Under the pieces are notes generated by a model that saw only the letters and a program-made list of their open reading frames with translations, had not been told where the DNA came from and made no database searches. From Christensenellaceae bacterium (GTDB lineage Bacteria; Bacillota; Clostridia; Christensenellales; Borkfalkiaceae), in NCBI GenBank assembly GCA_045534605.1, contig JAZSKA010000018.1:1175-65174 (forward strand): 64,000 nucleotides of DNA, in the 5' to 3' direction. Every line of letters starts with the position of its first letter. The first letter of the stretch is position 1. The position numbers and the translations under genes are program-made. Positions 9,479 through 18,895 of this stretch are shown here, one piece after another.

Positions 9479-10531
9479 AATAACAGTAAGTAACTTGTTT
9501 AGTATAGTTATCAGTTTAAAAGTTACTGCATCTGAAAAGTTTTTTATATTAAGCCCAGTCAAATTTTCGACTTTATCAAGTCTGTACATAAGAGTATTTC
9601 TGTGCATAAAAAGTTTTCTTGAAGTTTCGCTAATATTTAGGTTATTATCCAAAAATTCTTCACACGTTGAAAGCATATCCTGATCGGAAAAAAGTTCTTT
9701 TGCTTCTTTGTCGGTTAAAACGTCTAAAAATTCCATCAACTTAAAACGCGGAATTTCTTCAAGCATTTTTATAAGCACGTATTCTTTATAATTCGATACT
9801 TGCGACTTTGAATTAAACGTCTGCGCCATCTTTAGCGCGTTCACCGACTGAAGGTAAGATAGATTTGCCATAAGTAGACTGCTTACCGTCCCCCCTACGC
9901 CAATTCTAACGTTAATTCCCGTCTCTTCATACACAGATTGGGCGACGATTTGAGCAAACTCAGTTGAAGATTGAGCGTCAAAACGCTCAGACGTAAATTT
10001 TACAAGCGCGATATTATATTCGTCTATAATACAAATTCCGTCTTGACCACTTAAAACTAAGTTTTCAAGCGATGAAAGAACTTCTTGCGATTTTTTTACT
10101 GGCGAATTTATAAGCATAACGAAACACTCGCCGTCGTTTATTGAATAATTTCTTATAAATTTTTGAATTTGCGCACGCGTGCAGTCACCAAGTAGAATAT
10201 TCTTAATTAAATCAGTCTTTCCAACGAGCGATTCTCTGTTTAATACGTTTTCAAGGTACGCCAAAATAAAATGGGCGTAATTTTTTTCTATTTCACCCGA
10301 TCCTGAAATTGAACCGTAAAAGTTTGCGTTTCTGAAACGGAATTTAAAATACGTTCTGTTATTTTTCTCGTCAGAAAAGACTTCAAAAAAGTCAGATCTC
10401 GACGGGTGCACTACTCGGATATCTTGTCCGCGCGTAGAAATGCAATATTGCATATTGTCGCTGAAGGCGTCAATGTCAATTTTCGTCTTTTCTTTAATGT
10501 TTTTAAAAACGGCTAGTAATTCGTTAGTCAT
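9476..10531 (-). CDS. PucR/CdaR family transcriptional regulator
   Basis: C-terminal HTH ISETSRKLFMHRNTLMYRLDKVENLTGLN. AAAGGTG RBS. Confidence 0.8.
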   Translation of the reverse strand: MTNELLAVFKNIKEKTKIDIDAFSDNMQYCISTRGQDIRVVHPSRSDFFEVFSDEKNNRTYFKFRFRNANFYGSISGSGEIEKNYAHFILAYLENVLNRESLVGKTDLIKNILLGDCTRAQIQKFIRNYSINDGECFVMLINSPVKKSQEVLSSLENLVLSGQDGICIIDEYNIALVKFTSERFDAQSSTEFAQIVAQSVYEETGINVRIGVGGTVSSLLMANLSYLQSVNALKMAQTFNSKSQVSNYKEYVLIKMLEEIPRFKLMEFLDVLTDKEAKELFSDQDMLSTCEEFLDNNLNISETSRKLFMHRNTLMYRLDKVENLTGLNIKNFSDAVTFKLITILNKLLTVI

Positions 10532-10634
10532 AACAACACCTTTAACCTATCTTTTGTACAAATTGTACAAACGTCGTTTGTGCAACTTGTATAGTTAATT
10601 CTACAACAAACGTTACAGTTTGTAAAGAGATTTT

Positions 10635-10678
10635 ATAAAAAAGTTTGCAAAGAAAAATAATCTTTGCAAACTTTTTTA
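10635..10678. terminator. Bidirectional intrinsic terminator after the ABC-F gene
   Basis: 12-bp stem aagtttgcaaag / ctttgcaaactt, flanked by an A-run and a T-run. Confidence 0.75.
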
Positions 10679-10713
10679 CTCGTTTTTTATAATTTTTCAT
10701 CAAATAATTGGGC

Positions 10714-10726
10714 TATAAGTCGATTA
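10714..10726 (-). repeat. D-box copy
   Basis: Exact TATAAGTCGATTA. The TTA at 10724-10726 is the stop codon of the ABC-F gene. Confidence 0.8.
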
Positions 10727-12268
10727 TTTGCCTTTTGCGTCGAAAATTTCGTTACAAATTTCACTTGCAAAATCTTGCTCGTGACAAACTAAGATTATCG
10801 CACCGGGATAATTTTGCAATGCCGTTTTTAACGCCTTTTTTGCTAGAACGTCTAAGTGATTTGTCGGCTCGTCAAGAATTAAGATATTCGAAGTCTTTTT
10901 CATTAAAACTGATAGTTTTACCTTGACTTGCTCGCCACCTGAAAGGTTTGAAATAGGCTTCGTTGCTAAATCTCCTTTAATACCGACTTGCGCTAAAGTC
11001 GAGCGCTGTTCTTTTTGGCTTGCGCGCGGATAGTTTTCAGCAAAATATAGCGTAGCGTTCAAACTTGGATTATCAAAATTAAGTTCTTGCTCTAGATACA
11101 AAATTTTAGCCTGCGGATGAAAGGAAAAACTTCCACTTCTTGGCGCAATTTTTCTCATAAGCGTCTTAAGGAGCGTGGTTTTTCCTACGCCGTTAGTTCC
11201 GCGAATCCAAAGTTTTGTCGCACTCGTCATCAAAATATTAATCGGCGGAATTAAAGTGCTATCGTACCCTACTTCTAAGTCTTTTATTTTCAAAAATTCT
11301 TTTGCGTTAGTGTCGATATACGGAAATTCAAAACGACTTTCGTAAACGGTAGTCGGTTTTTGCAAAATATCCATTTTATCAAGCATTTTTTGGCGAGAGT
11401 TTGCCATGCCAGCAGTTGCCGCACGCGCCTTGTTTTTATCAATGTAGTCTTGAAGTTTCTTAATTTCCATTTGCTGACGGCGATAGCTGTCTTCGTACTG
11501 CTTTAATTTAATCTCCCTAAGCTTTAAATACTCGTCGTAATTTCCCGAATACTTATCTATATTTCCATTTTCAATCGCAACGATAACCTTACAGACCTTG
11601 TTTAAAAATTCGGTGTCGTGGGAAATAACCATAAAGGTGTTTTTGTAAGAGTTTAAAAACTTTATAAGCCACTCTACGTGTTCAATATCCAAAAAGTTAG
11701 TCGGTTCGTCAAGAAGCATTATATCTTGCTTTTCAAGTAGAAGTTTAGAAAGCATTAATTTTGCGCGCTCACCACCAGAAAGTGTGCCGATAACCGTGTC
11801 ATAGCCGAACTTATTAACACCTAAACCGTTTGCGACTTTTTTAATTTGCGACTCTAAATCAAAGTAGCCGTCGTTTTCAAGTTCTTCCATAATGCGCGAA
11901 GAACGCTTTATCAATAGGTCTAGTTCATCACCGTCGGCGCTTACCATATCTTCGTAGATTTTTTCAAGTCGTTCGTTCTTTTTGTGAAGATGAGAAAAAG
12001 CGTCAGAGAGATATTCCATAACGGTAAGCGACTTATCAATGGTTGCGTGCTGGTCGAGATAACCCCACCTAACGCCTGAAAGCCAATTAACTTCGCCGTC
12101 GTCCTGAGAGATGCGCTTAGATATAATATTGATAAAAGTAGATTTACCCGCACCGTTTAAGCCAACGATTCCTATATGTTCACCATTATTTACGACTAAA
12201 TTTGCATCAAGGAATAAAAATCTGTCGTCGTAGCGGTGTGTAAGATTTTTAATTTCTAAAATACTCAT
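10724..12268 (-). CDS. ABC-F family ATPase (two NBDs, no TM domain; translation-factor type)
   Basis: 514 aa with two Walker A motifs (GLNGAGKST, GTNGVGKTT), two signature motifs (LSGGERAK, LSGGEQVK) and an inter-domain linker. Confidence 0.88.
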   Translation of the reverse strand: MSILEIKNLTHRYDDRFLFLDANLVVNNGEHIGIVGLNGAGKSTFINIISKRISQDDGEVNWLSGVRWGYLDQHATIDKSLTVMEYLSDAFSHLHKKNERLEKIYEDMVSADGDELDLLIKRSSRIMEELENDGYFDLESQIKKVANGLGVNKFGYDTVIGTLSGGERAKLMLSKLLLEKQDIMLLDEPTNFLDIEHVEWLIKFLNSYKNTFMVISHDTEFLNKVCKVIVAIENGNIDKYSGNYDEYLKLREIKLKQYEDSYRRQQMEIKKLQDYIDKNKARAATAGMANSRQKMLDKMDILQKPTTVYESRFEFPYIDTNAKEFLKIKDLEVGYDSTLIPPINILMTSATKLWIRGTNGVGKTTLLKTLMRKIAPRSGSFSFHPQAKILYLEQELNFDNPSLNATLYFAENYPRASQKEQRSTLAQVGIKGDLATKPISNLSGGEQVKVKLSVLMKKTSNILILDEPTNHLDVLAKKALKTALQNYPGAIILVCHEQDFASEICNEIFDAKGK

Positions 12269-12378
12269 AACGATTCACCTGTTTTTCATTATATAATTTT
12301 CTTTAGTTTAAGTCAAGCATTTGCGTTTTTAAGTCGCTTGTGTTATTATATTTTTAAAGTAATAAAAGGACACGAGTT

Positions 12379-12819
12379 ATGAAAAAATTTCCATATAAGT
12401 TTACGACGTTTTTAAAATGTATGTTTGCGCTCGGCATTTTACTTGCCATTTCAGTAATAGTTTTAAATATTTTAAAATTTGCAAAATCTGAAGTTGTCGA
12501 TAGTTACAGTTATATAACGCTGATTTGCACCGTTGTAGTTGCAATCTTTACAATTGTATTAATTCTTTCGATTGTGCTTTATTCGCGTTTTATAATCGAC
12601 GACACTACCCTGACGATAAGATGGGGACTGATAAAGCACCAGTTTAAAATAGTTAGTATTACTAAACTTGTAAAACTTGACGCAAGCAATAAAATTATTT
12701 TGTACTATAATAGCGACAACTTTATGTACCTTTATATAGATAGCAAGTTTTTCGACGACTTTTCTAAAGAATTAGTAAGCAAAAACAAAGATATCATAAT
12801 CGAGTATACGAACGGCTAG
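12379..12819 (+). CDS. Hypothetical membrane protein (two TM helices plus possible bacterial PH-like domain)
   Basis: 146 aa with hydrophobic N-terminal helices. The function is not recognised with confidence. Confidence 0.55.
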   Translation: MKKFPYKFTTFLKCMFALGILLAISVIVLNILKFAKSEVVDSYSYITLICTVVVAIFTIVLILSIVLYSRFIIDDTTLTIRWGLIKHQFKIVSITKLVKLDASNKIILYYNSDNFMYLYIDSKFFDDFSKELVSKNKDIIIEYTNG

Positions 12820-12839
12820 TTTTAACAAAAACAAGGACT

Positions 12840-12852
12840 AATAAGCCGATTA
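12840..12852 (-). repeat. D-box copy, degenerate (AATAAGCCGATTA)
   Basis: Two mismatches to the box. Lies about 20 nt after the stop of the 12379-12819 gene. Confidence 0.4.
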
Positions 12853-12869
12853 TCGACCATTTTTATAAA

Positions 12870-12908
12870 AAATCACACTAAATAGTTTTTGGTGTGATTT
12901 CTTTTTTT
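12870..12908 (+). terminator. Intrinsic terminator
   Basis: Stem aaatcacac / gtgtgattt followed by cttttttt. Confidence 0.7.
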
Positions 12909-12950
12909 GTAAAATTTTTAACCTTATTTTTGAAATTGGCTTTTATTTAA

Positions 12951-12979
12951 TTGACATACTTTTTTCATATTTATATAAT
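12951..12979 (+). promoter_or_regulatory. Consensus sigma-A promoter of the regulator-potABCD operon
   Basis: TTGACA-17 nt-TATAAT. Confidence 0.6.
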
Positions 12980-13042
12980 AAGTCATAAGTTTATTTTTAC
13001 TAAACTTATTGTTTACAATAAATTAAAAAAGGAAAAAGAAAA

Positions 13043-13576
13043 ATGGAGCTTGGGGATAAGATTAAACAACTTAGACTGCAATGCGACTTTACGCAGGAAG
13101 AACTTGCCGATAGGTGCGAACTTTCCAAAGGCTATATTTCTCAACTTGAAAACGATTTAACGAGCCCGTCGATTGCAACGCTTAACGACATACTTACGGC
13201 ACTTGGCTCGTCACTAAAAGATTTCTTTCAAGATGAAGAAGAAGAAAAAGTCGTGTTTTCAGAGCAAGATTTTATTGAAAAAGTCTCTGATGAGGCTATT
13301 TCAAACTGGCTTGTTCCGAGCGCGCAGAAAAACCTTATGGAGCCTATGCACATAGTTTTAAAACCAAAGTGTCAGACTCAAGAAGACCTTCCGCACGAAG
13401 GCGAAGAATTCGGCTACGTTTTATCGGGTGAAATAACTCTCCACTTAGGAAAGCGCAAATACACCGTAAAGCAAAACGAAAGTTTTTATTTTAAAGCGGA
13501 AAAAGTGCACTACATTATAAACACTAAAGAAGAAAACGCAACTTTTATTTGGATTTCTTCTCCGCCAAATTTTTAA
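13043..13576 (+). CDS. XRE-family HTH plus cupin-domain regulator (PuuR-like)
   Basis: N-terminal HTH LRLQCDFTQEELADRCELSKGYISQLEN and a C-terminal cupin. Sits directly upstream of potA. Confidence 0.8.
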   Translation: MELGDKIKQLRLQCDFTQEELADRCELSKGYISQLENDLTSPSIATLNDILTALGSSLKDFFQDEEEEKVVFSEQDFIEKVSDEAISNWLVPSAQKNLMEPMHIVLKPKCQTQEDLPHEGEEFGYVLSGEITLHLGKRKYTVKQNESFYFKAEKVHYIINTKEENATFIWISSPPNF

Positions 13577-13588
13577 GAAGGAGTTACT

Positions 13589-15079
13589 ATGGCTGAAAAA
13601 ATTATCGAATTAAAAAATTTAGTAAAAACCTACGACGGAACGAACGTCGTTGACGGCATTAATTTATATATTAGAAAAGGCGAATTCGTAACGCTACTTG
13701 GTCCGTCCGGTTGCGGTAAGACGACGACGTTACGCATGATTGCAGGTTTTGAAACGCCTGACGGTGGCGAAGTTTTATTGAACGGAAAAAATATAACGGA
13801 CCTTCCACCCTACCTTCGCCCTGTAAACACCGTTTTTCAACGCTATGCACTTTTCCCACACCTTAACGTTTACGACAACGTCGCTTACGGCTTAAAGCTT
13901 AAGACGGTTACCGCAACTTACGAAAACAAAAACGGCGAAACTATAACGAAAAAACAACGTCTTTCAAAAAAGGAAATCGACGAAAGAGTTTCTAAGGCGT
14001 TAAAGATGGTCGACCTTGAAGAGTTTGAAAAGCGTGACGTCACTACTTTATCCGGCGGTCAACAACAACGTATTGCAATCGCGCGCGCTATCGTTAACGA
14101 GCCTGAAATTTTACTACTTGACGAACCACTCGGCGCACTCGATTTAAAAATGAGAAAGGACATGCAGATAGAACTTAAAGAAATGCACCGCAAACTCGGC
14201 ATTACTTTTATCTACGTTACGCACGACCAAGAAGAAGCGCTTACTATGAGCGATACTATCGTCGTTATGAACGACGGCGTTATTCAACAAATCGGCACTC
14301 CGAAAGATATTTATAACGAGCCTAAGAATTCGTTCGTCGCAGACTTTATCGGAGAAAGTAATATTCTAAGCGGAACTATCGTCGGTAAAAACAAAGTCCG
14401 CTTTATAAACAAAGACTTCGATATGGTTGACGACTTCCCTGAAGGTGACAAAGTCGACGTAGTCGTTCGCCCTGAAGATATCTTTATCGTAAACAAGGGC
14501 TTAGGTCAAGCCGACGGTAAGATTATCGACAGCGTGTTTAAAGGCGTTCACTACGAAATGACTTTTAAAATCGGCAAAACGGAAATTCTAATTCAAGATA
14601 CAGCAGAACGCGCTATCGGCGAAGAAGTTTCTATTATTATAAAGCCTGAAGATATCCACGTTATGGAAAAAGCAGTTGCGTCTAACACCTACATCGGAAC
14701 TATTACAAAGCGCAACACCGTAGAATTTGCCGAAGGCGAATTCGAGTGTGACGTAACGACTCTTTATCCAAACTCTCACCTTGACGAAGAAGGCTATTTA
14801 ATTACCGAGCAAGGCGAAAAACTTGATTTAACAGGCACTGACGTTCTAGTTGAAGTTGCGCTTGATAAAATCGAAATTATCGACAACGAAGACGACGGCG
14901 ACGCTAGCGGTGAAATCATTTCTATCATCTACAAAGGCGACCACTATCAAGTTATTATCAGAACGCCTGAAGACGAAGAAGATTTCGTCGTCGACACCGA
15001 TTATCTCTGGAACGAAAACGACAAAGTCAGCGTGAAAATCAAGCCTGAAGATATCAAACTTAAGCTAAAGGAGAAATAG
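13589..15079 (+). CDS. potA: Spermidine/putrescine ABC transporter ATPase, enlarged (insert in NBD, extra C-terminal TOBE-like region)
   Basis: GPSGCGKTT, LSGGQQQRIAIARA and LLLDEPLGALD. 496 aa, against about 350-385 for typical PotA. Confidence 0.88.
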   Translation: MAEKIIELKNLVKTYDGTNVVDGINLYIRKGEFVTLLGPSGCGKTTTLRMIAGFETPDGGEVLLNGKNITDLPPYLRPVNTVFQRYALFPHLNVYDNVAYGLKLKTVTATYENKNGETITKKQRLSKKEIDERVSKALKMVDLEEFEKRDVTTLSGGQQQRIAIARAIVNEPEILLLDEPLGALDLKMRKDMQIELKEMHRKLGITFIYVTHDQEEALTMSDTIVVMNDGVIQQIGTPKDIYNEPKNSFVADFIGESNILSGTIVGKNKVRFINKDFDMVDDFPEGDKVDVVVRPEDIFIVNKGLGQADGKIIDSVFKGVHYEMTFKIGKTEILIQDTAERAIGEEVSIIIKPEDIHVMEKAVASNTYIGTITKRNTVEFAEGEFECDVTTLYPNSHLDEEGYLITEQGEKLDLTGTDVLVEVALDKIEIIDNEDDGDASGEIISIIYKGDHYQVIIRTPEDEEDFVVDTDYLWNENDKVSVKIKPEDIKLKLKEK

Positions 15080-15080
15080 G

Positions 15081-15902
15081 ATGAACGCACTCAGGTTTTC
15101 ACGTAAACACTTGGGAATTCCTTACGTTATTTTCCTTTCAGTGTTTGTAATTTTACCGCTAGTTTTAATCGTTTTATACGCGTTTACCGACTCAGAGTGG
15201 CACTTTACCTTAAATAACTTCGCAGACTTTTTCTTGCGTAGCGGTAATTTAAAGGTGCTTGCAATAAGTTTTGGTTTAGCGCTTTTAACGACTGTAATCT
15301 GCATACTTATCGCCTATCCCGTTGCGTACGTTTTAGCGCAATCGAAGTTAAAAGCAAGCGGAATTTATCTTTTGCTTTTCATACTTCCAATGTGGATTAA
15401 CTTCGTATTAAGAACGGCGGCTGTTAAAGAACTACTTTATATGCTCGACGGATTAGGTATTTACGACGTATCCGAAAACTACTTCTTAAGCACGATAATC
15501 GGTATGGTTTACGACTATCTACCGTTTTCGATACTACCTATTTATACCGTGCTTATAAAAATTGACAAAAGCGCGATTGAAGCGTCAATGGACCTTGGTG
15601 CAAACCCAGTCCAAACCTTCTTCCGCACTACACTTCCACTTTCTATGCCTGGCATTATGAGTGCGGTGACTATGGTATTTTTACCAACCACGACGACTTA
15701 CGTTATCGCAGATACTTTAGGTAACTCTAAGGTAACGATTATCGGTAACCTAATAAAAACTCAGTTTGACGCAGGAACGGCAGAAAGCTGGCACGTAGGC
15801 TCGGCAATATCGCTCGTTTTATTGGTAATTATTTTCGCATCTATGCTTTTTAGCGGAAAACTTAACGAAAACGACCAAAAAGGAGGTGCTTCAAAATGGT
15901 AA
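15081..15902 (+). CDS. potB: Spermidine/putrescine ABC transporter permease
   Basis: 273 aa, multi-TM, with an EAA-type loop IEASMDLGANPVQTFFRTTLPL. Confidence 0.85.
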   Translation: MNALRFSRKHLGIPYVIFLSVFVILPLVLIVLYAFTDSEWHFTLNNFADFFLRSGNLKVLAISFGLALLTTVICILIAYPVAYVLAQSKLKASGIYLLLFILPMWINFVLRTAAVKELLYMLDGLGIYDVSENYFLSTIIGMVYDYLPFSILPIYTVLIKIDKSAIEASMDLGANPVQTFFRTTLPLSMPGIMSAVTMVFLPTTTTYVIADTLGNSKVTIIGNLIKTQFDAGTAESWHVGSAISLVLLVIIFASMLFSGKLNENDQKGGASKW

Positions 15903-16693
15903 AAAAGATTTTATCGGCATCAATTATTTGGATCGTTCTCGCACTTTTGTATATCCCTGTATTACTTTTAGTAGTTTACAGTTTTAACGCATCAAGCGAA
16001 ATCGGTATTTGGTCAAGCGAGTGGAATTTCAGTCTTTACAAAATGCTTTTTTCAGACGAAAAAATTCTTTCTGCAATAAAGACTACCTTGCTTCTTGCAA
16101 TCTCGAGCGCAACCATTTCAACGATCTTAGGAACGGCTGGCGCAATCGGACTTTACTACTCCAAAAAGCGCACTTTCAAAATTTTTAATATCGTAACGCA
16201 AATTCCAGTAGTTAGCGCAGATATAGTAACGGCGGTAGCAATCGCACTCACCTGCTCGATTCTACTTTTCCCAAGAACGTACGCATCACTTTTAATCGGT
16301 CACGTAGTTTTGTGCTTCCCGTTCGTGTTCACGAGCGTCGTTCCAAAACTTAAACAAATGGATCCTAACCTTTACGAAGCAGGCTTAGACCTTGGCGCAT
16401 CGCCACGTAAAGCGTTATTCTCAATCGTTATTCCTGAAATTTTACCAGGTATCGTATCAGGATTTTTACTTGCAATAACGTTATCTCTCGACGACTACGT
16501 AATAACGACTTTCTTAAAACCGTCGACTATCGACACCATTTCAACTTATGCCTACAACGCTTACGCAAAGAACGCAGCGAACACTTCTATCCCAGCACTC
16601 AGAGCGCTATCTGCAATCGTGTTTGCTATCATTATTATTTTAGTAGTCGTAAACTTCCTTCTTTCAAACAAAAAGAAAAAGGAGGGTAACTAA
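15896..16693 (+). CDS. potC: Spermidine/putrescine ABC transporter permease
   Basis: 265 aa with YEAGLDLGASPRKALFSIVIP. Overlaps potB by 7 nt. Confidence 0.85.
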   Translation: MVKKILSASIIWIVLALLYIPVLLLVVYSFNASSEIGIWSSEWNFSLYKMLFSDEKILSAIKTTLLLAISSATISTILGTAGAIGLYYSKKRTFKIFNIVTQIPVVSADIVTAVAIALTCSILLFPRTYASLLIGHVVLCFPFVFTSVVPKLKQMDPNLYEAGLDLGASPRKALFSIVIPEILPGIVSGFLLAITLSLDDYVITTFLKPSTIDTISTYAYNAYAKNAANTSIPALRALSAIVFAIIIILVVVNFLLSNKKKKEGN

Positions 16694-18447
16694 TGAAAAA
16701 AGCGGTCTATATGTTGATTATCGGCATTTTATGTGCGTCTATCGTTCTTTATTTTACTCAAGGAATTGAAAAGGTAAGCGCAGACGACGTCGAGATTTTA
16801 AGAGTTTACAACTGGGAAGAATACATCTCAGAAGGCGACGAAGACGGCGAGTACGCCGACGTTATAAGCGACTTTGAAACTTATTGCCAAAAAGTTCTCG
16901 GTCGCAACGTTATCGTTGAATATTCGACTTTCGGTACTAACGAAAATATGTATAACGAGTTGAATATGTCGAAAAAATCGGTTGGCGGAAAAACGACTTA
17001 CTCTTACGACCTAGTTTGCCCTAGCGAATATATGATTATGAAAATGATTCGCGAAGACATGCTTGAACCTATTGACAAAACTAAACTTGAAAATTATTAT
17101 AACGGAGCGTCGGGCTACCTTCTCGACCGTTTCGAAAACTTAACGGTCGACGGCAAAAAAGTTAGCGATTACGCAGCCTGCTATATGTGGGGAACGATGG
17201 GTTTTGTTTACAACCCAGAATTCGTTGAAGATATCGACGCTTTCGACTGGTCGCTTTGCTGGAACGAAGATTATAAAGGCACAAGCACCATTAAAGACAG
17301 CGTTAGAGATAGTTACGTTCTCGCTATCGGCTACGTTTACCAAGACGAACTTCTCGCTTTAAACGAACAATACTCAAACGGCGAACTTGACGCAGTAACC
17401 TATAACGCTAAAATAACTGAAATATTCGACAGAACTGACTCTGATACTATCGAACTTGTCAAAAGCGCACTACTAGATCTTAAAGATAATATCTTCGGAT
17501 ATGAAGTTGACAGCGGTAAAAAAGATATGGCGCAAGGCAAAATTTTAATTAACTTTGCTTGGAGTGGCGACGGCGTTTATACGCTCGATACCGCAGAAGG
17601 CGCGTACGACGATATCCCTGAAGACGAAATTTTAGAACTTTCTTGGGCTGTTCCTACCGCTGGTAGCAATATCTGGTTTGACGGTTGGGTTATGCCAAAA
17701 GGTGCTAATACGGAACTTAGTCTTGAATTTATCAACTACCTATCACGCCCTGACGTTGCCGTAAGCAATATGTCGTATATCGGCTATACTTCGGCTATTG
17801 CTGGAGACAGTTTGTACGAAAACGCGGTCGATTGGTACGGCTATGCTGGTGACAGTTTCAACCTTGAACAAGACGGCGTTGAAAAAGTCGTATCCGGCAA
17901 TAAAACGACTTACACCTACTTTGAAGATTGCGACTTTGAAACGGCTTTATCTGACGGCGAAACTGAAGTTTATAAGAATTGGTATATAACTGAAGTTGAA
18001 GACGATACTACCACCTATTTCGTTCGCGAACAGTACTATATTTTAAACGAAGATACTAACGAATACGAACTAGACTACGACGAAACTTTTGAAGTTTTCG
18101 AAGTCGATTTAAGTTATTTCTTCGATAATCTTGAAGAGTACGACAGCGCAAGCATCTTTACCGACACTTTAGGTAGACAATTCTCTGCCCAGTACCCAGA
18201 CTTTGACACCGTTACACGTTGCACTATTATGAAAAGTTTCACCGACAGCGAAACTAAAGACCTTAACGATATGTGGCAAACGGCAAAAATCGGCAGAATT
18301 TCTTCTGCAATTATCTGGAGTATAATCGGCGCTTTAGCAGGAATTATCTTAGTAGTAATAACGCTTACAACTCTTTACAAAAAAGGCAAAATTTTTCAAC
18401 CAAAAGCCCCTAACGGCTACACGTTAAAAAATATCGACCTTCACTAA
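16693..18447 (+). CDS. potD: Spermidine/putrescine-binding protein, enlarged, with N- and C-terminal TM helices
   Basis: 584 aa. It has a PotD-like core (LRVYNWEEYI, NFAWSGDG), a large acidic insertion, and a C-terminal helix ISSAIIWSIIGALAGIILVVITLTTLY. Confidence 0.75.
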   Translation: MKKAVYMLIIGILCASIVLYFTQGIEKVSADDVEILRVYNWEEYISEGDEDGEYADVISDFETYCQKVLGRNVIVEYSTFGTNENMYNELNMSKKSVGGKTTYSYDLVCPSEYMIMKMIREDMLEPIDKTKLENYYNGASGYLLDRFENLTVDGKKVSDYAACYMWGTMGFVYNPEFVEDIDAFDWSLCWNEDYKGTSTIKDSVRDSYVLAIGYVYQDELLALNEQYSNGELDAVTYNAKITEIFDRTDSDTIELVKSALLDLKDNIFGYEVDSGKKDMAQGKILINFAWSGDGVYTLDTAEGAYDDIPEDEILELSWAVPTAGSNIWFDGWVMPKGANTELSLEFINYLSRPDVAVSNMSYIGYTSAIAGDSLYENAVDWYGYAGDSFNLEQDGVEKVVSGNKTTYTYFEDCDFETALSDGETEVYKNWYITEVEDDTTTYFVREQYYILNEDTNEYELDYDETFEVFEVDLSYFFDNLEEYDSASIFTDTLGRQFSAQYPDFDTVTRCTIMKSFTDSETKDLNDMWQTAKIGRISSAIIWSIIGALAGIILVVITLTTLYKKGKIFQPKAPNGYTLKNIDLH

Positions 18448-18623
18448 AAAAATAGCGGTAATCGCCTTATAGCGCGATTACCGCTTAAATTTTATATCTT
18501 ATTTTTTATAATAATCATTTTTAACACCGCCCAAAAAGGGCAAAAAAAATGCCCTAATCCTTACGAATAAAGTGCGCACACCGTAAGATTAAAGCCAAAA
18601 AAAACCTTTTTTCTTAGTCTGTA
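18446..18623 (-). ncRNA. Candidate small RNA (orphan promoter, stem-loops, terminator)
   Basis: Lies downstream of the minus-strand promoter at 18629-18657. Contains the stem aatccttacg/cgtaagatt (18556-18590), competing GCCC/GGGC/GCCC pairings (18529-18554), and ends at palindrome C1 followed by a T-run. There is no ORF. Confidence 0.25.
18454..18485. repeat. 32-nt palindromic repeat, copy C1 (T-variant loop)
   Basis: agcggtaatcgc-cttatagc-gcgattaccgct, a 12-bp perfect stem. Confidence 0.9.
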
Positions 18624-18628
18624 CTTGT

Positions 18629-18657
18629 ATAATAACACAATCTTTACTATTTGTCAA
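18629..18657 (-). promoter_or_regulatory. Orphan sigma-A type promoter pointing into non-coding DNA
   Basis: Minus strand reads TTGACA-17 nt-TATTAT. Confidence 0.4.
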
Positions 18658-18690
18658 CTTTTTTCGAACAAATTTAATTATTTGCAATTA

Positions 18691-18719
18691 AAAATAAAGG
18701 GCAAGATAAGTTGCCCTTT
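18691..18719 (-). terminator. Intrinsic terminator of the GNAT-TIR operon
   Basis: Stem aaagggcaa / ttgcccttt, with a T-run on the minus strand. Confidence 0.65.
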
Positions 18720-18811
18720 AGTGTGGATAGACTTAAATGTCTGGTCGGAACACCCCGACGCCACGTTTATTATTATATGTAATACTACCTCAAAGATCAA
18801 CTAATAAATTT

Positions 18812-18843
18812 AGCGGTAATCGCCATATAGCGCGATTACCGCT
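18812..18843. repeat. 32-nt palindromic repeat, copy C2 (A-variant loop)
   Basis: agcggtaatcgc-catatagc-gcgattaccgct, identical to C3. Confidence 0.9.
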
Positions 18844-18895
18844 TCAATTTTAAGCAATTAATGCAAAGCGAGAACACAATTAAATTAATATTCAC

